DNA of 64,000 nucleotides, from NCBI GenBank assembly GCA_963787105.1, contig CAWBBU010000012.1:48774-112773 (forward strand), given 5' to 3'. Shown piece by piece: positions 30,337 to 40,267 of this stretch (positions are counted from its first letter, which is position 1; each line of letters opens with the position of its first letter). The notes beneath the pieces are model-generated. The model ran no database searches. It was not told where the DNA came from and saw only the letters and a program-made list of their open reading frames with translations. The translations under genes and the position numbers were made by a program. The DNA comes from an uncultured Bacillota bacterium. GTDB taxonomy: Bacteria; Sysuimicrobiota; Sysuimicrobiia; Sysuimicrobiales; Segetimicrobiaceae.

Positions 30337-30778
30337 ATGCACAGGCTCATGCTGCTGCTGGCGTGCGTCTCCCTCGTCTGGGCAACCCCGTCACTGGCGG
30401 CCGGTCCCACGACCTACGACGGCGCATACGCCGGCAGTATTTCCTGCGATGCGCTGCCCGGACAACAGGCGCTCGTGAACGAGCATTTTCCGCTGGAATT
30501 CAAGAACGGGCAAGCCCAGTACGCGCGGGATGTCCGTCGAGCGAACACGCTCGACCCGAGTCGGGGTGAGCGCGCAGGGGAAGGGTCTCGTGTCTTCCGA
30601 CGGGGACGTGACGCTCACCGAGACGGCACAGGGGCAAGGCTGGGGCTTCACGGCGACCTATCGAGGCCGGTTTGACGGCACGGCGGCCAAGCTGTCCGGC
30701 GCGCAGCAGTGGCGCCTGGCGAACAACGGCGGGCCTTATACACGGCCGTGTACGATCACGCTGTCGTCCGCGAAATAA
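30337..30778 (+). CDS. Secreted hypothetical protein (signal peptide), with a frameshift near 30530
   Basis: The signal peptide is MHRLMLLLACVSLVWATPSLAAGP. The two ORF-track pieces (30337-30675 and 30530-30778) join into one roughly 145-aa secreted protein. Confidence 0.4.
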
Positions 30779-30970
30779 GTCCGGAAACGCCCGTAAAGGA
30801 CTGTCTGCCGCGTGACTCTCCGGCGGCGCACGACCGCCGACGGCCGGAAGATGCCCGTTGAGCGTGGCGGATATTCGTTCTGCCGCCGATCACCTGACCC
30901 GATCGGGCAGTCTCTCCGGCTCCGGCGGACCTCACGGCTTGACCGAACTCCCCCCGGAGCGTGCTATAGT

Positions 30971-30996
30971 ATTGTTATGGTTCACGTGATCGATAA
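30971..30996 (+). promoter_or_regulatory. Putative operator/promoter element upstream of the LacI-family gene
   Basis: A locally AT-rich stretch (ATTGTTATGGTTCACGTGATCGATAACAT) contains the perfect 8-bp palindrome TCACGTGA within an imperfect 12-bp dyad (GTTCACGTGATC). Confidence 0.25.
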
Positions 30997-30999
30997 CAT

Positions 31000-32016
31000 A
31001 TGACAAAAAGCCGTATTTCTGTGAAATCAACCGTGACCATCACGGACGTCGCCCGGGAGGCGGGCGTGTCGACTCAGACTGTGTCGCGCGTCCTGAACAA
31101 CAAGGGCGAGATCAGCCCCGCGACGCGTCAGGCCGTCGAAGACGTGATCGATCGGCTCGGATACCGGCCGAACGCGATCGCGCGGAGCCTCGTGACGCGG
31201 CGCACGTTGAGCCTCGGGTTAGTCGTGCCCGATATTACGAATCCGTTCTTTCCAGAGATCGCGCGGGGCGCCGAAGAGATCGCGCTTGCCGCCGGCTACA
31301 ACGTCTTTCTCTGCAACACGATCGAGCAGCCTGAGCGCGAGATCAGCGTGCTGCGGTCGCTCGAGGAGAAGCGTGTCGACGGCGTCGTCGTCTGCAGCTC
31401 CCGGCTCCCCGATGAACAGCTCCTGCCCGTGCTGCGCCGGCAGCAGGCCGTGGTGCTCGTCAACCGCATGGCTCCTCCGGACGTGGCCGGGACGGTCCGC
31501 GTGGACGACGTGAACGGGAGCGAGCAGGCGGTCCGGTACCTGCTCGCGCGGGGCCGCCTGCGGGTCGGGATGCTGTCGGGCCCGCCGACGTCGTTCAGCG
31601 GCAGGGAGCGGCGGCAGGGATTCGTGCAGGCGACGCGCGCCGCGCAGGTGGCGGTCGATCCCTCGTGGATCGTGTCGTGCGCGCCAACGTTCGACGGGGG
31701 CCAGCAGGCCGCCCGTGCGGTGCTGTCGAGCGGTCGCGTCCAGGGGCTGGTCTGCTACAACGATCTCGTCGCCGTGGGTGCCCTGCAGGCGTGCCGCGAT
31801 CTCGGCGTGCGCGTCCCGGATGACATCGCGATCATCGGGTGCGACGACATCCCGCTGGCGAGCCTCGTGACGCCGGCGCTGACGACGGTGCGAATTTCCA
31901 AGTTCGAGCTCGGTGCGGCCGCGGTGCGTATGCTGCTGGACCGCATCGAAGGTAGGAGCGACCGCTCGGACGTGATCATGCAGCCGGAGTTGATCGTGCG
32001 GGCGAGTGCGATGTAA
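31000..32016 (+). CDS. LacI-family transcriptional regulator
   Basis: The HTH segment is VTITDVAREAGVSTQTVSRVLNNKGEISPATRQAVEDVIDRLGYRPNAIARSL, followed by a periplasmic-binding-fold effector domain. Confidence 0.85.
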   Translation: MTKSRISVKSTVTITDVAREAGVSTQTVSRVLNNKGEISPATRQAVEDVIDRLGYRPNAIARSLVTRRTLSLGLVVPDITNPFFPEIARGAEEIALAAGYNVFLCNTIEQPEREISVLRSLEEKRVDGVVVCSSRLPDEQLLPVLRRQQAVVLVNRMAPPDVAGTVRVDDVNGSEQAVRYLLARGRLRVGMLSGPPTSFSGRERRQGFVQATRAAQVAVDPSWIVSCAPTFDGGQQAARAVLSSGRVQGLVCYNDLVAVGALQACRDLGVRVPDDIAIIGCDDIPLASLVTPALTTVRISKFELGAAAVRMLLDRIEGRSDRSDVIMQPELIVRASAM

Positions 32017-32076
32017 GCCCGCGGGCACGGGAGGCGGCACGGTACGCGCACGACGATTATGACCGGGGGGTGTGAC

Positions 32077-33288
32077 ATGACGAACGACGCACAGGGTCTG
32101 AGCCGAAGGAACTTTTTGATCGGGGCAGGGGTGGCGGCGGCCGGGGCCGGCCTGCTGCCGGGGATGCAGGGGATCGCGACCGCGGCCTCCGCGGCGCTGC
32201 CTCCAATGCCCACCCGGCCGCTGGACTTGACCATCATTGACGTCGCCGGACAGCTGCAGCTGACGAAGGCGATCATCGAGGATTACGCCAAGTCGCACGC
32301 GCAGTACGTGGGCCGGATCGACTACGAGACGGCCACGGCCCCGGAGCTTCCGGCCAAGATCAAAGCGCAGCAGCAGGCGAACCAGGTGCAGATCGACATG
32401 GTGCTCACCGGGTCGGACGCGCTCTCAGGCGGCGTCGTGCAGGGAATTTGGACGACGCTCTTGCCCGACTACCAGGCGAAGTTCCCGAACATCATCGGCA
32501 ACTATCAGCAGCCGAAGGCGCAGGGGCTGGCGCAGGGGTACGGCATCCTCGACGTGTTCGGCAACTACGGCCCGACCTTTACGTACAACCCGGCGAAGCT
32601 GCCGACGGTGCCGAAGACGACCGACGACCTGCTGGCGTGGGCGAAGAGCAATCCCGGACAGCTGATCTACGCGCGGCCCGCGAACTCCGGGCCGGGCCGC
32701 TCCTTCATGATGGGGCTGCCGTATCTGCTCGGCGAAGCGAACCCGCGCGATCCCGCGACGTGGACGAAGGTGTGGCCGTACTTCGAAGAGCTCGGCAAGT
32801 ACATCCAGTACTATCCCACGGGCACCGCGGGGACATACCAGGAGCTCGGGCAGGGGGCGCGCACGATTGCGCTCTCGACGATGGGGTGGGACCTGAACGT
32901 CCGAATCCTCGGCGTCGTGCCGAAGAACTTCGGTGCCTTCACGCTGGAGAAGCAGCACCTCATCGCCGATACCCAGTATGTGTGCGTGCCGAAGGGCATC
33001 GCACCCGAGATGCTCGGGCTGGTGCTCGACCTCACGGCGTGGATCCTGCGGCCGGACCAGCAGGCGAAAGTGTACGACAACGCGTACTTCTATCCCGGGC
33101 CGGCCGTGAAGGGCGTCTCGCTGTCGATGGCGCCTAAGGATAGTCAGGACGCGATCGGACCGGTACGGCGCGCTTCGTTCGATGCACTGATCCGGACCAG
33201 CCCGATCGAGATTCCGCTTGATCCAGACAAACTCGTCGCGGGGTTCCAGATTTGGGACCAGAGAGTCGGCGCGAACAAGCTGAAGTAA
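32077..33288 (+). CDS. ABC transporter periplasmic substrate-binding protein (family 1), Tat signal
   Basis: The N-terminus is MTNDAQGLSRRNFLIGAGVAAAGAGLL (twin-arginine motif). It is about 400 aa and sits immediately upstream of ABC ATPase and permease genes. Confidence 0.7.
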   Translation: MTNDAQGLSRRNFLIGAGVAAAGAGLLPGMQGIATAASAALPPMPTRPLDLTIIDVAGQLQLTKAIIEDYAKSHAQYVGRIDYETATAPELPAKIKAQQQANQVQIDMVLTGSDALSGGVVQGIWTTLLPDYQAKFPNIIGNYQQPKAQGLAQGYGILDVFGNYGPTFTYNPAKLPTVPKTTDDLLAWAKSNPGQLIYARPANSGPGRSFMMGLPYLLGEANPRDPATWTKVWPYFEELGKYIQYYPTGTAGTYQELGQGARTIALSTMGWDLNVRILGVVPKNFGAFTLEKQHLIADTQYVCVPKGIAPEMLGLVLDLTAWILRPDQQAKVYDNAYFYPGPAVKGVSLSMAPKDSQDAIGPVRRASFDALIRTSPIEIPLDPDKLVAGFQIWDQRVGANKLK

Positions 33289-34425
33289 TGCCACGTAGAC
33301 GCGGCGTCCGCGCGGCGCCCCGCCCCGGCCCCCGAGCCGGCGGCGGGGCCGCCCGCTGGGCGGATCGGGCGCCTCCGCATCCGAGATCTGGGGAAGCGGT
33401 TCGGGGAGGCGGCGGCCCTCCGCGCGTTTGACCTCGACATCCACGGGGGCGAGTTCATCAGCCTGCTCGGCCCGTCGGGCTGCGGCAAGTCAACGGCGCT
33501 CAACTGTATCGCGGGGCTGCTCGAGCCCGACGCCGGGACGATTGTGCTCGACGACCTCGACCTGACCCGGGTGCCGACCGAACGCCGCGGGTTTGGGATG
33601 GTGTTCCAGAACTACGCGCTCTTTCCGCATATGACGGCCGGGCGGAACGTCGCGTTCGGGCTGGAGATGCTGCGGGTCCCGCGCGACGCGATCGCGCGCC
33701 GCGTGACGCAGGCTCTCGCGCTGGTGCATCTCGAGCATCTCAGCGATCGCTACCCCGCGCAGATGAGCGGCGGCCAGCAGCAGCGCGTCGCGCTGGCCCG
33801 CGCGCTCGTGGTCGAGCCGCGGCTCCTGCTCCTCGACGAACCGCTCAGCAACCTCGACGCGAAGCTCAGGCTGGAGATGCGGTTCGAGATCCGGCGCCTC
33901 CACCAGACGCTCGGGCTGCACGACGCTGTACGTGACCCACGATCAGGAGGAAGCGCTGTCCCTGTCCGACCGCATTGCGCTGATGCAGGACGGGACGATC
34001 CAGCAGATCGGCACGCCCGAGGAGGTGTATCTGGGGCCGCGGTCCGCGTTCGTGGCCAACTTCCTCGGCTACCGCAACCTCCTCGAGGTGACCGTCGAGG
34101 CGCAGCAGGACGGGCGGGTCGGCATTCTCCTGCCCGGCGGCATCAGGCTCTTCGGGACCCCGCACGGAGCCCTCGCAGCCGGCGCGGGGGCCGTGGCCGC
34201 GATTCGCCCGGAGGACGTCGAGATCTTTCCCGCGGGTCACCCGGCCGATCAGGGCGTCCCGGCGCGCGTCGAGTTCGCCGAGTTCCTCGGCAACATCTTC
34301 GAGTGTATGCTCGACGTGGGGGCCGGCGTCCATCTGATCGCCCGGACCCCGGAGCGCTGGCCACAGGGTGGCGCGGTCGTCGCGCGGCTCGCTCCGGACC
34401 GGCTGCTCGTGTTTCCGCGGACGTA
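33288..34425 (+). CDS. ABC transporter ATP-binding protein (PotA/MalK-like with a C-terminal TOBE-like domain), 2 frame breaks
   Basis: The motifs are LRIRDLGKRFGEAAALRAFDLDIHGGEFISLLGPSGCGKST, LSGGQQQRVALARALVVEPRLLLLDEPLSNLD and YVTHDQEEALSLSDRIALMQDG. Frame changes are needed near 33300-33330 and at about 33921. Confidence 0.75.
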
Positions 34426-34508
34426 ACCCGGTGGCGCCGGCGCAGATCTCGCAGCCATCCGCCGGTACCGCGGCGCGGCCCGCGCGTCCGGGCTCACGCC
34501 CGCCGTGG

Positions 34509-35354
34509 ATGGGCCTGGTACCGCTCCTGCCCGCGCTGCTCGTCGTCCTCGTGCTGTTCATTTACCCGTTCATCTACGGGGTGGCCCTCTCGCTCCATCC
34601 GATCGGAGCCGCCGCGAAGGGCGGGATGTTCGGGGACTACGCCGCGTTCTTCGGCGATCCGCGGGAGCGGCAGTCGATCTGGAACACGCTGCGCCTCGCC
34701 GTGCCGGTCACGGTGCTCGACCTCCTGCTCGCGCTCCCGCTGGCCTATCAGCTGAGACGCCCGATGTGGGGCCAGCGGATCATCACCGGGATCCTCGTGG
34801 TGCCGATGACCCTCGGCACCGTGCTGATCGCGGAAGGGATGATCGAGTTCTTTGGCCCGGCGGGGTGGTTCAACAAGACGCTGCTGGCCCTGCATCTCAC
34901 GCGGATGCCGGTGCAGCTGGTCCACAACTACACCGGGGTGTTCATCTCGCTCTTGATCGCGGACTTCCCCGCGGTGTTCCTGATTCTCGTCGGGTTCGCG
35001 TCGGGCATCGATCCCAACCTGGAGCGCGCGGCCCGCGTGCTGGGCGCGGGCTGGTGGCGGCGGCTCACGCGCATCGTCCTGCCGCTCTTGGCGCCCGGCA
35101 TCGCCGCGGCGGCGGCGCTGTCGTTCGTGGCCACGTTCTCCGTGTTTCCCTCCGCGGTCCTGGTCGGGGAGCCGGCCGGCACCACGCGCGTGATCGCGCT
35201 CGCAGCGTGGGAGGCGGCCTACGAGCGGTACGACTACGCGCAGGCATCCGCGATCGCGATCGTCATGGCGGCGATTGAGCTTGCCTTCGTGGCCCTGGTG
35301 CTCATGCTCCGCAGCCGGGCGTACCGCGGTCCGTCGATCGGCGGGCGCGCGTGA
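34509..35354 (+). CDS. ABC transporter permease (PotB/CysT-like)
   Basis: The product includes MGLVPLLPALLVVLVLFIYPFIYGVALSL and the EAA-type loop IDPNLERAARVLGAGWWRRLTRIVLP. Confidence 0.8.
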   Translation: MGLVPLLPALLVVLVLFIYPFIYGVALSLHPIGAAAKGGMFGDYAAFFGDPRERQSIWNTLRLAVPVTVLDLLLALPLAYQLRRPMWGQRIITGILVVPMTLGTVLIAEGMIEFFGPAGWFNKTLLALHLTRMPVQLVHNYTGVFISLLIADFPAVFLILVGFASGIDPNLERAARVLGAGWWRRLTRIVLPLLAPGIAAAAALSFVATFSVFPSAVLVGEPAGTTRVIALAAWEAAYERYDYAQASAIAIVMAAIELAFVALVLMLRSRAYRGPSIGGRA

Positions 35355-36196
35355 GCCTGACCGCGGCGCGGCCCGTGAGACGGACGGCGGGGGACCGGCC
35401 GGTGTGGTGGGTGTACGCGCTCGTGGCGGTGTTCGCCGCGCTCGTGCTCGGCATCGTCCTGTCGGTGGTGTTGAACTCGTTCGCCGCGACGTGGTTTGGC
35501 GGATGGCTGCCCGATGCGTACACCACCAAGTGGTACCGGTTCGCCGTCGCCGAGTTCGGGCTGGCGCAGGTGCTGTGGGTCACCGTCGAGGTCGGGCTCA
35601 TCGTGACGGCGGTCGCGCTCGCGCTCGGGCTGCCGGCGGCGTATGTGCTGGCCCGGCGCCAGTTTCCGGGGAAGGGCCTCGTGCTGCTCGGGCTCGTCCT
35701 CCCCGTGATGGTGCCGCCGATCACGTACGGGATTCCGCTCGCGGCGATGATCTACCGCGCGCGGCTCGGCGGGTCGCTCGCGGGCGTCATCATCGTCAAC
35801 ATCGTGCCCGCGCTGCCGTTCGTGGTGCTGATCATGACGCCATTTTTCGAGCAGATCGATCCGAACCTCGAGCGCGCCGCGCGGACGCTCGGGGCGCGCG
35901 TCACGACGGTGTTCGCGCGCGTGCTGCTGCCGCTCGCGCTGCCGGGCGTGCTCGCGGCGGGGCTGCTGATCCTGGTGCGGACGATCGCGCTCTTCGAGCT
36001 GACGTTCTTGGTCTCCGGGGCGCGGAGTCAGACCATCGTGGTCGCGTTGTATTACGCCGCCTTCGCGGCCGGGATCCGCCCTGGGCAGTCGATCGACGCG
36101 ATGGCGGTCGTCTACATGGTGCTGAGCCTGGTGCTGCTGCTCACGGCCCTCCGGTTCGTCAACCCCGTCAACATGGTGATGCGCGTCCGCCGCTGA
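35351..36196 (+). CDS. ABC transporter permease (PotC/CysW-like)
   Basis: The product includes IDPNLERAARTLGARVTTVFARVLLPLALP. It has 6 predicted TM helices. Confidence 0.8.
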   Translation: MSLTAARPVRRTAGDRPVWWVYALVAVFAALVLGIVLSVVLNSFAATWFGGWLPDAYTTKWYRFAVAEFGLAQVLWVTVEVGLIVTAVALALGLPAAYVLARRQFPGKGLVLLGLVLPVMVPPITYGIPLAAMIYRARLGGSLAGVIIVNIVPALPFVVLIMTPFFEQIDPNLERAARTLGARVTTVFARVLLPLALPGVLAAGLLILVRTIALFELTFLVSGARSQTIVVALYYAAFAAGIRPGQSIDAMAVVYMVLSLVLLLTALRFVNPVNMVMRVRR

Positions 36197-36390
36197 CGGC
36201 GCTCCCGCTTCGCCGGGTCGCCGTCGGCCCGCTTCGGCGGGAATCGAGACCTGAGCCGCCGCACGCGCGCGGGCAGCAGATGTCTCGGACTTCGCTCACG
36301 CGAGCCAGGATTTCTTTAGGAACATCCGCCGGCCCGAGAAGGACTGCGTGTATCCGTGCACCCGGACGGACAGCGCTTCGATGTTGAACT

Positions 36391-37864
36391 TCAGTAGTAC
36401 CAATACGTCACGGCGTCGGCCAGCAAGGTGCGCTGGGCCTGATCGTAGAGATCGATGCGCTCCGCGTGATTCGCGGTCGTTCGCGCTTGATCGAGCAGCG
36501 CGTCGAGGTGTGGGTTCCGGTAGGGACCCGCGTTCAGCACGCCGGTCGAGTGGAAGAACGGGTAGAGATATCCGTCCGGATCGGCGCGGAACGTCCACGC
36601 CGTGGCCGCGAGGTCGAAGTTGAGCCCGACTTTGAGGAACGCGCCCCACTCCATCTGCTGCACGTTCACCGTGACGCCGATCGCGCGCGCGGCGTCCTGC
36701 AGGACGAGGGAGGAAGCGACAAACTCGGGATACTGCGGCGAGCAGTTCAATGGTGACGGTGAAGCCACCGGGGTGTCCGGCTTCGGCGAGGAGCCTGCGG
36801 GCAGTTGCGAGGTCCGGCTTCTGGTAGGGCAACGTCTCAGGGGCGAGCGCCCACCCGTCGAATCCCGTCGGCAGCGGGCCGGTGGGAATCCCGGCCCCAA
36901 ACACCGACTTCTGGATCACGTCCCGGGTATCAACCGCCATCCGGAGGGCGCGGCGGACCCGCGCATCGTCGAGCGGTTTTCTTGAGACGTTGATGCGATG
37001 CGCCGCGGCCCACGCGAATGGCGCCTGCAGCACCGCGACCGCCGAGGTCCGCCCACCTGCCGGACGCCCTCCGGGCTCAGCACCGCGTACTGCAGTTGGC
37101 CGCTGCGCAGTCCGCTTAGGCGCGCCGCCTCTTCGGTCAGCACCTTGAATTGAAGCTCGTCGAGGTACGGCAGCGGGTGATCCCAATACTGGTCGAAGCG
37201 TGTGTATGTCAGGTGGTCCTGCGGAACGTACTCGACCAGCTTGAACGGGCCGGTGCCGACGGCCTGTACCTTCAGGTTTTCCCGCTCGGCGATCCCCCGC
37301 GGGACGACCCCCGACGCGCGCAGCGACGCGAACTCGCTCAAGAGGCCGTAGTATGGCTCGGTGAGCGTGACCTGAACCGTAAGCGGGTTGATGACCATGA
37401 CTTCCTTGATGACGGCGAACACGTTCTGAAACGGGGAGGCCGTCTTGGGTCCAGTACGCGGTTGATGCTGTACTGGACGTCGTCCGCGGTCATCGTCTGC
37501 CCGTTATGAAATCGCACCCCCTCTCGGAGGTGGAAGGTGTATGTCATCCCGTCCCCGCTGATCTCCCAGCGCGTGGCGAGGGCGGGGACAACGTTCATCC
37601 GTTCGTCATAGGTCGTGAGGCCTTCATACGCGTGCTCATACCCCTGCAGCGCCGAGAGGTTCGAGTTCGTATGCGGGTCCAGGCTGATCGGGTCGACCTC
37701 CTGCGCCCCGAACAGCGTGCCGCCGCGTTTCGGCGTGCCTACGGGCAGCACGGCTGCGAGCGCGCCTGCGCGCGGCGGCCATCCCGCCACAACGGCGCCG
37801 GTGGCGAGCCCCGCACCGAGGAATCGTCGGCGACTGACGCGGCGCGGACCGTCCTGGGCTGTCA
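36391..37864 (-). pseudogene. ABC transporter substrate-binding protein family 5 (peptide/nickel-type), Tat signal; interrupted by at least 4 frame breaks
   Basis: Pieces lie in three minus-strand frames. They are MTAQDGPRRVSRRRFLGAGLATGAVVAG...GGTLFGAQEVDPISLDPH.., then MVINPLTVQVTLTEPYYGLLSEFASL...AVGTGPFKLVEYVPQDHLTYTRFDQYWD.., then GVTVNVQQMEWGAFL...DQARTTANHAERIDLYDQAQRTLLADAVTYWYY. Confidence 0.6.
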
Positions 37865-37897
37865 TCGGTGCCCTCCACGCATGGCGGATGTGGTGCG

Positions 37898-38702
37898 CTA
37901 CCGGGGCGCGTCCACGGACGGAGCTGCCTTCGGAGCGCTTGGATCCCGCTGCGCCCCGTCGACCGGGATGTGGGCCCCGTTCACCCAGCCGGCACGCGGG
38001 GAGAGGAGAAACGCCGCGACGTCGGCGACCTCTTCGGCCGTGCCGAGCCGCGCCCACGGAAACTCGTCGCGCACGAACGCCTCGAACCGTTCGGGCTGCT
38101 GCCGCTGGACGCGTTCCCAACTTCCTCCGGGGAAGAGGATGGATCCCGGGCTGAGCGTGTTGATCCGGATTCGCCGGGGCGCCAAGTCCTGGGCGAGCGC
38201 GCCGGCGAGGAAGATCTCGGCCGCCTTGGCCGCGCCGTATTGGGCACGCGGGCCGGGCTTCCACCCGGAGATCGACGAGATGATCACGATGCTGCCGCGG
38301 CCATCGTCCGGCATGTGGGGGACCGCGGCCTGCACCGCGCGGACCGCGTGGCCCACGTTGAGATCGAACGTGCGGAGCCATTCGTCGGGACTCGCGGCGA
38401 GGGAGTCGCCGCCGACCGCGCCGCCGACGTTCGCCACCACGTGGTGAATCGCCCCGAACGCCTCGACCGTCGAGGCGATGAACTGCTGGAACGCCGCGTT
38501 GTCGGTCACGTCCGCCACGCGGGCGTGGACCCGCACCCCGAGCGTCCGGAGTTCGGCCGCCGCCTGCTCCACGCCCCCCGCATCGCGCGCGCACAGGGCG
38601 AGGTGGCAGCCCTCCGCGGCCAGCGCCCGGCAGATCGCTCTGCCGATGCCCCGGGTGCCGCCGGTGATGACCGCAAGATCTCCCGTCAGTCCAAGATTCA
38701 TG
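37898..38702 (-). CDS. SDR-family oxidoreductase (3-oxoacyl-ACP reductase-like)
   Basis: The product includes MNLGLTGDLAVITGGTRGIGRAICRALAAEGCHLALCARD...NVGGA..ISSISG..YGAAKAA.. Confidence 0.8.
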
Positions 38703-38996
38703 CGCCTGTGTCCTCGCCTGCGGCGGCCAGCCGGTTCACCGCCCGCACGGGCTGTTTCCGACGTTCGCGATGCCCCCGGACGATCCTGCCGGTGCGACCC
38801 ATCGGGCATCGTCTGCACGGCGGCGTCGAGGGCTCGCCCGAGCGCGTCGTGGTGCGCCGTGTGCGCGTTCGCGGTGCGCTCGGAATCCCGTCGTTGAAAC
38901 CCCCCACCGCGTCTGTTATCGTTAAAATGGATATCATGAGTGATCCACGAATGCCTCGGGATCGTCTGACGCCCTGCTCGCCTGGGCTGCTTCGCG

Positions 38997-39622
38997 GTGA
39001 TGCTGCTCGCGCTGTTCGGCGCCTTCGTCTACGCGAGCGGGAAGCGGTCATGGGAGACATTCAGCGCATCTTCTACGTGCATCTGCCGCTGGCGTGGGTG
39101 GGCTTCGTCGCGTTCGGCCACGCGGCATGGGCGGGGGTCCAGTATCTTCGCACCGGGCGGCGCGAGTGGGATATCGCGAGCGCGTCCGCGGCGGAGATCG
39201 GCGTGCTGTTTGCGACGCTCGTGCTCATCACCGGCTCCCTGTGGGCGCGCCCGGTGTGGGGCACGTGGTGGACGTGGGACCCGCAGCTCGTCACGTACCT
39301 CATCTTGTGGTTGATCTACGTCGGCTATCTTGTGCTGCGCGCCGCGGCGGGCGACGACCCGCGTCAGGCGAGGTTCGCCGCCGTCTTCGCGATCGTCGGA
39401 TTTGTCGACGTGCCGCTCGTCTGGCTCTCGGCGCGCTATCTCCGCGCGCTCAGCCCGGTGATCTTCACGACGCACCAGCGTCGGGCTCGCGCCGTCGATG
39501 CTGTGGGCGCTCGTGATCGGGCTCGTCGCCTGGAGCCTGGTGTACGCTTCTTGTTTCGCATCGCGGATTCGCCTCGGCCTGCTCGACGCCCGCGTGCAGG
39601 CGCTGATGGATGCCCGCGCCTA
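38997..39622 (+). CDS. ccmC: Heme exporter protein CcmC, with frame breaks near 39044 and near 39480
   Basis: The product includes RIFYVHLPLAWVGFVAFGHAAWAGVQYL...LWARPVWGTWWTWDPQLVTYLILWLIYVGYLVL and the tryptophan-rich WGxWWxWD motif. The C-terminal TM helices are in an alternate frame (APSMLWALVIGLVAWSLVYASCFASRIRLGLL). Confidence 0.75.
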
Positions 39623-39625
39623 GCC

Positions 39626-39781
39626 CATGACGTATCTCTTCTGGGCGTTCACGGTCGTCTGGGTCGGGCTCTTCGCCTATCTCTACGGGCTCGCGCAGCG
39701 GAGCCGCCGGCTTGAGCGCGAGCTCGACGCGCTGCGCGACGAGTCCCGCGCGGCCGCGCCGCCGAGCGGGGCGCCCCGGTG
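39626..39781 (+). CDS. ccmD: Heme exporter protein CcmD (51 aa, single TM helix)
   Basis: The product is MTYLFWAFTVVWVGLFAYLYGLAQRSRRLERELDALRDESRAAAPPSGAPR. It lies between ccmC and ccmE and is below the ORF-track size cutoff. Confidence 0.6.
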
Positions 39782-40240
39782 AGTGTGATGGGGCCCGGGG
39801 CGTCCGACCCGCGTCCCGGGCGCCTCGGACGAGGCGCGCGGCGCACGGCGGTGTTTGTGATCGGCACGGTCGCGCTCGTCCTGTCGCTCGCGTACCTCGT
39901 GTACGGGGGCATTCAACAGGGCGCCACCTACTGGGTGACGGTCGGCGAGCTCGAGCAGCAGGCCCCCGGCGCGCTGCCCTCTCGGGTCCGCCTCGGCGGG
40001 ACGGTGGAAGCCGGCACCATCCGGTGGGACGCATCGCACCGGCATCTCACGTTCATGGTGACCGACGGCCAGCACGCCCTGCCGGTGGCGTACAGCGGGG
40101 TGGTGCCGGACATCTTCGCGGAGGGCCGTCAGGTCGTGGTCGAGGGGACGCGCGACCCTGGCGGCACGTTCCAGGCGACGACGCTCCTGGCAAAATGCCC
40201 GACGAAGTACAACGCGGCCGATCCGGCGACGTCCCAGTGA
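39779..40240 (+). CDS. ccmE: Cytochrome c-type biogenesis heme chaperone CcmE, CxxxY variant
   Basis: The product has an N-terminal TM anchor and an OB-fold body (RVRLGGTVEAGTIRWD...LTFMVTDGQHALPVAYSGVVPDIFAEGRQVVVEGT). The heme-binding motif reads LLAKCPTKY, i.e. Cys in place of the canonical His of HxxxY. Confidence 0.8.
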   Translation: MSVMGPGASDPRPGRLGRGARRTAVFVIGTVALVLSLAYLVYGGIQQGATYWVTVGELEQQAPGALPSRVRLGGTVEAGTIRWDASHRHLTFMVTDGQHALPVAYSGVVPDIFAEGRQVVVEGTRDPGGTFQATTLLAKCPTKYNAADPATSQ

Positions 40241-40267
40241 CGCCTCGCCGCCAGCGGAGCGCCGCGC

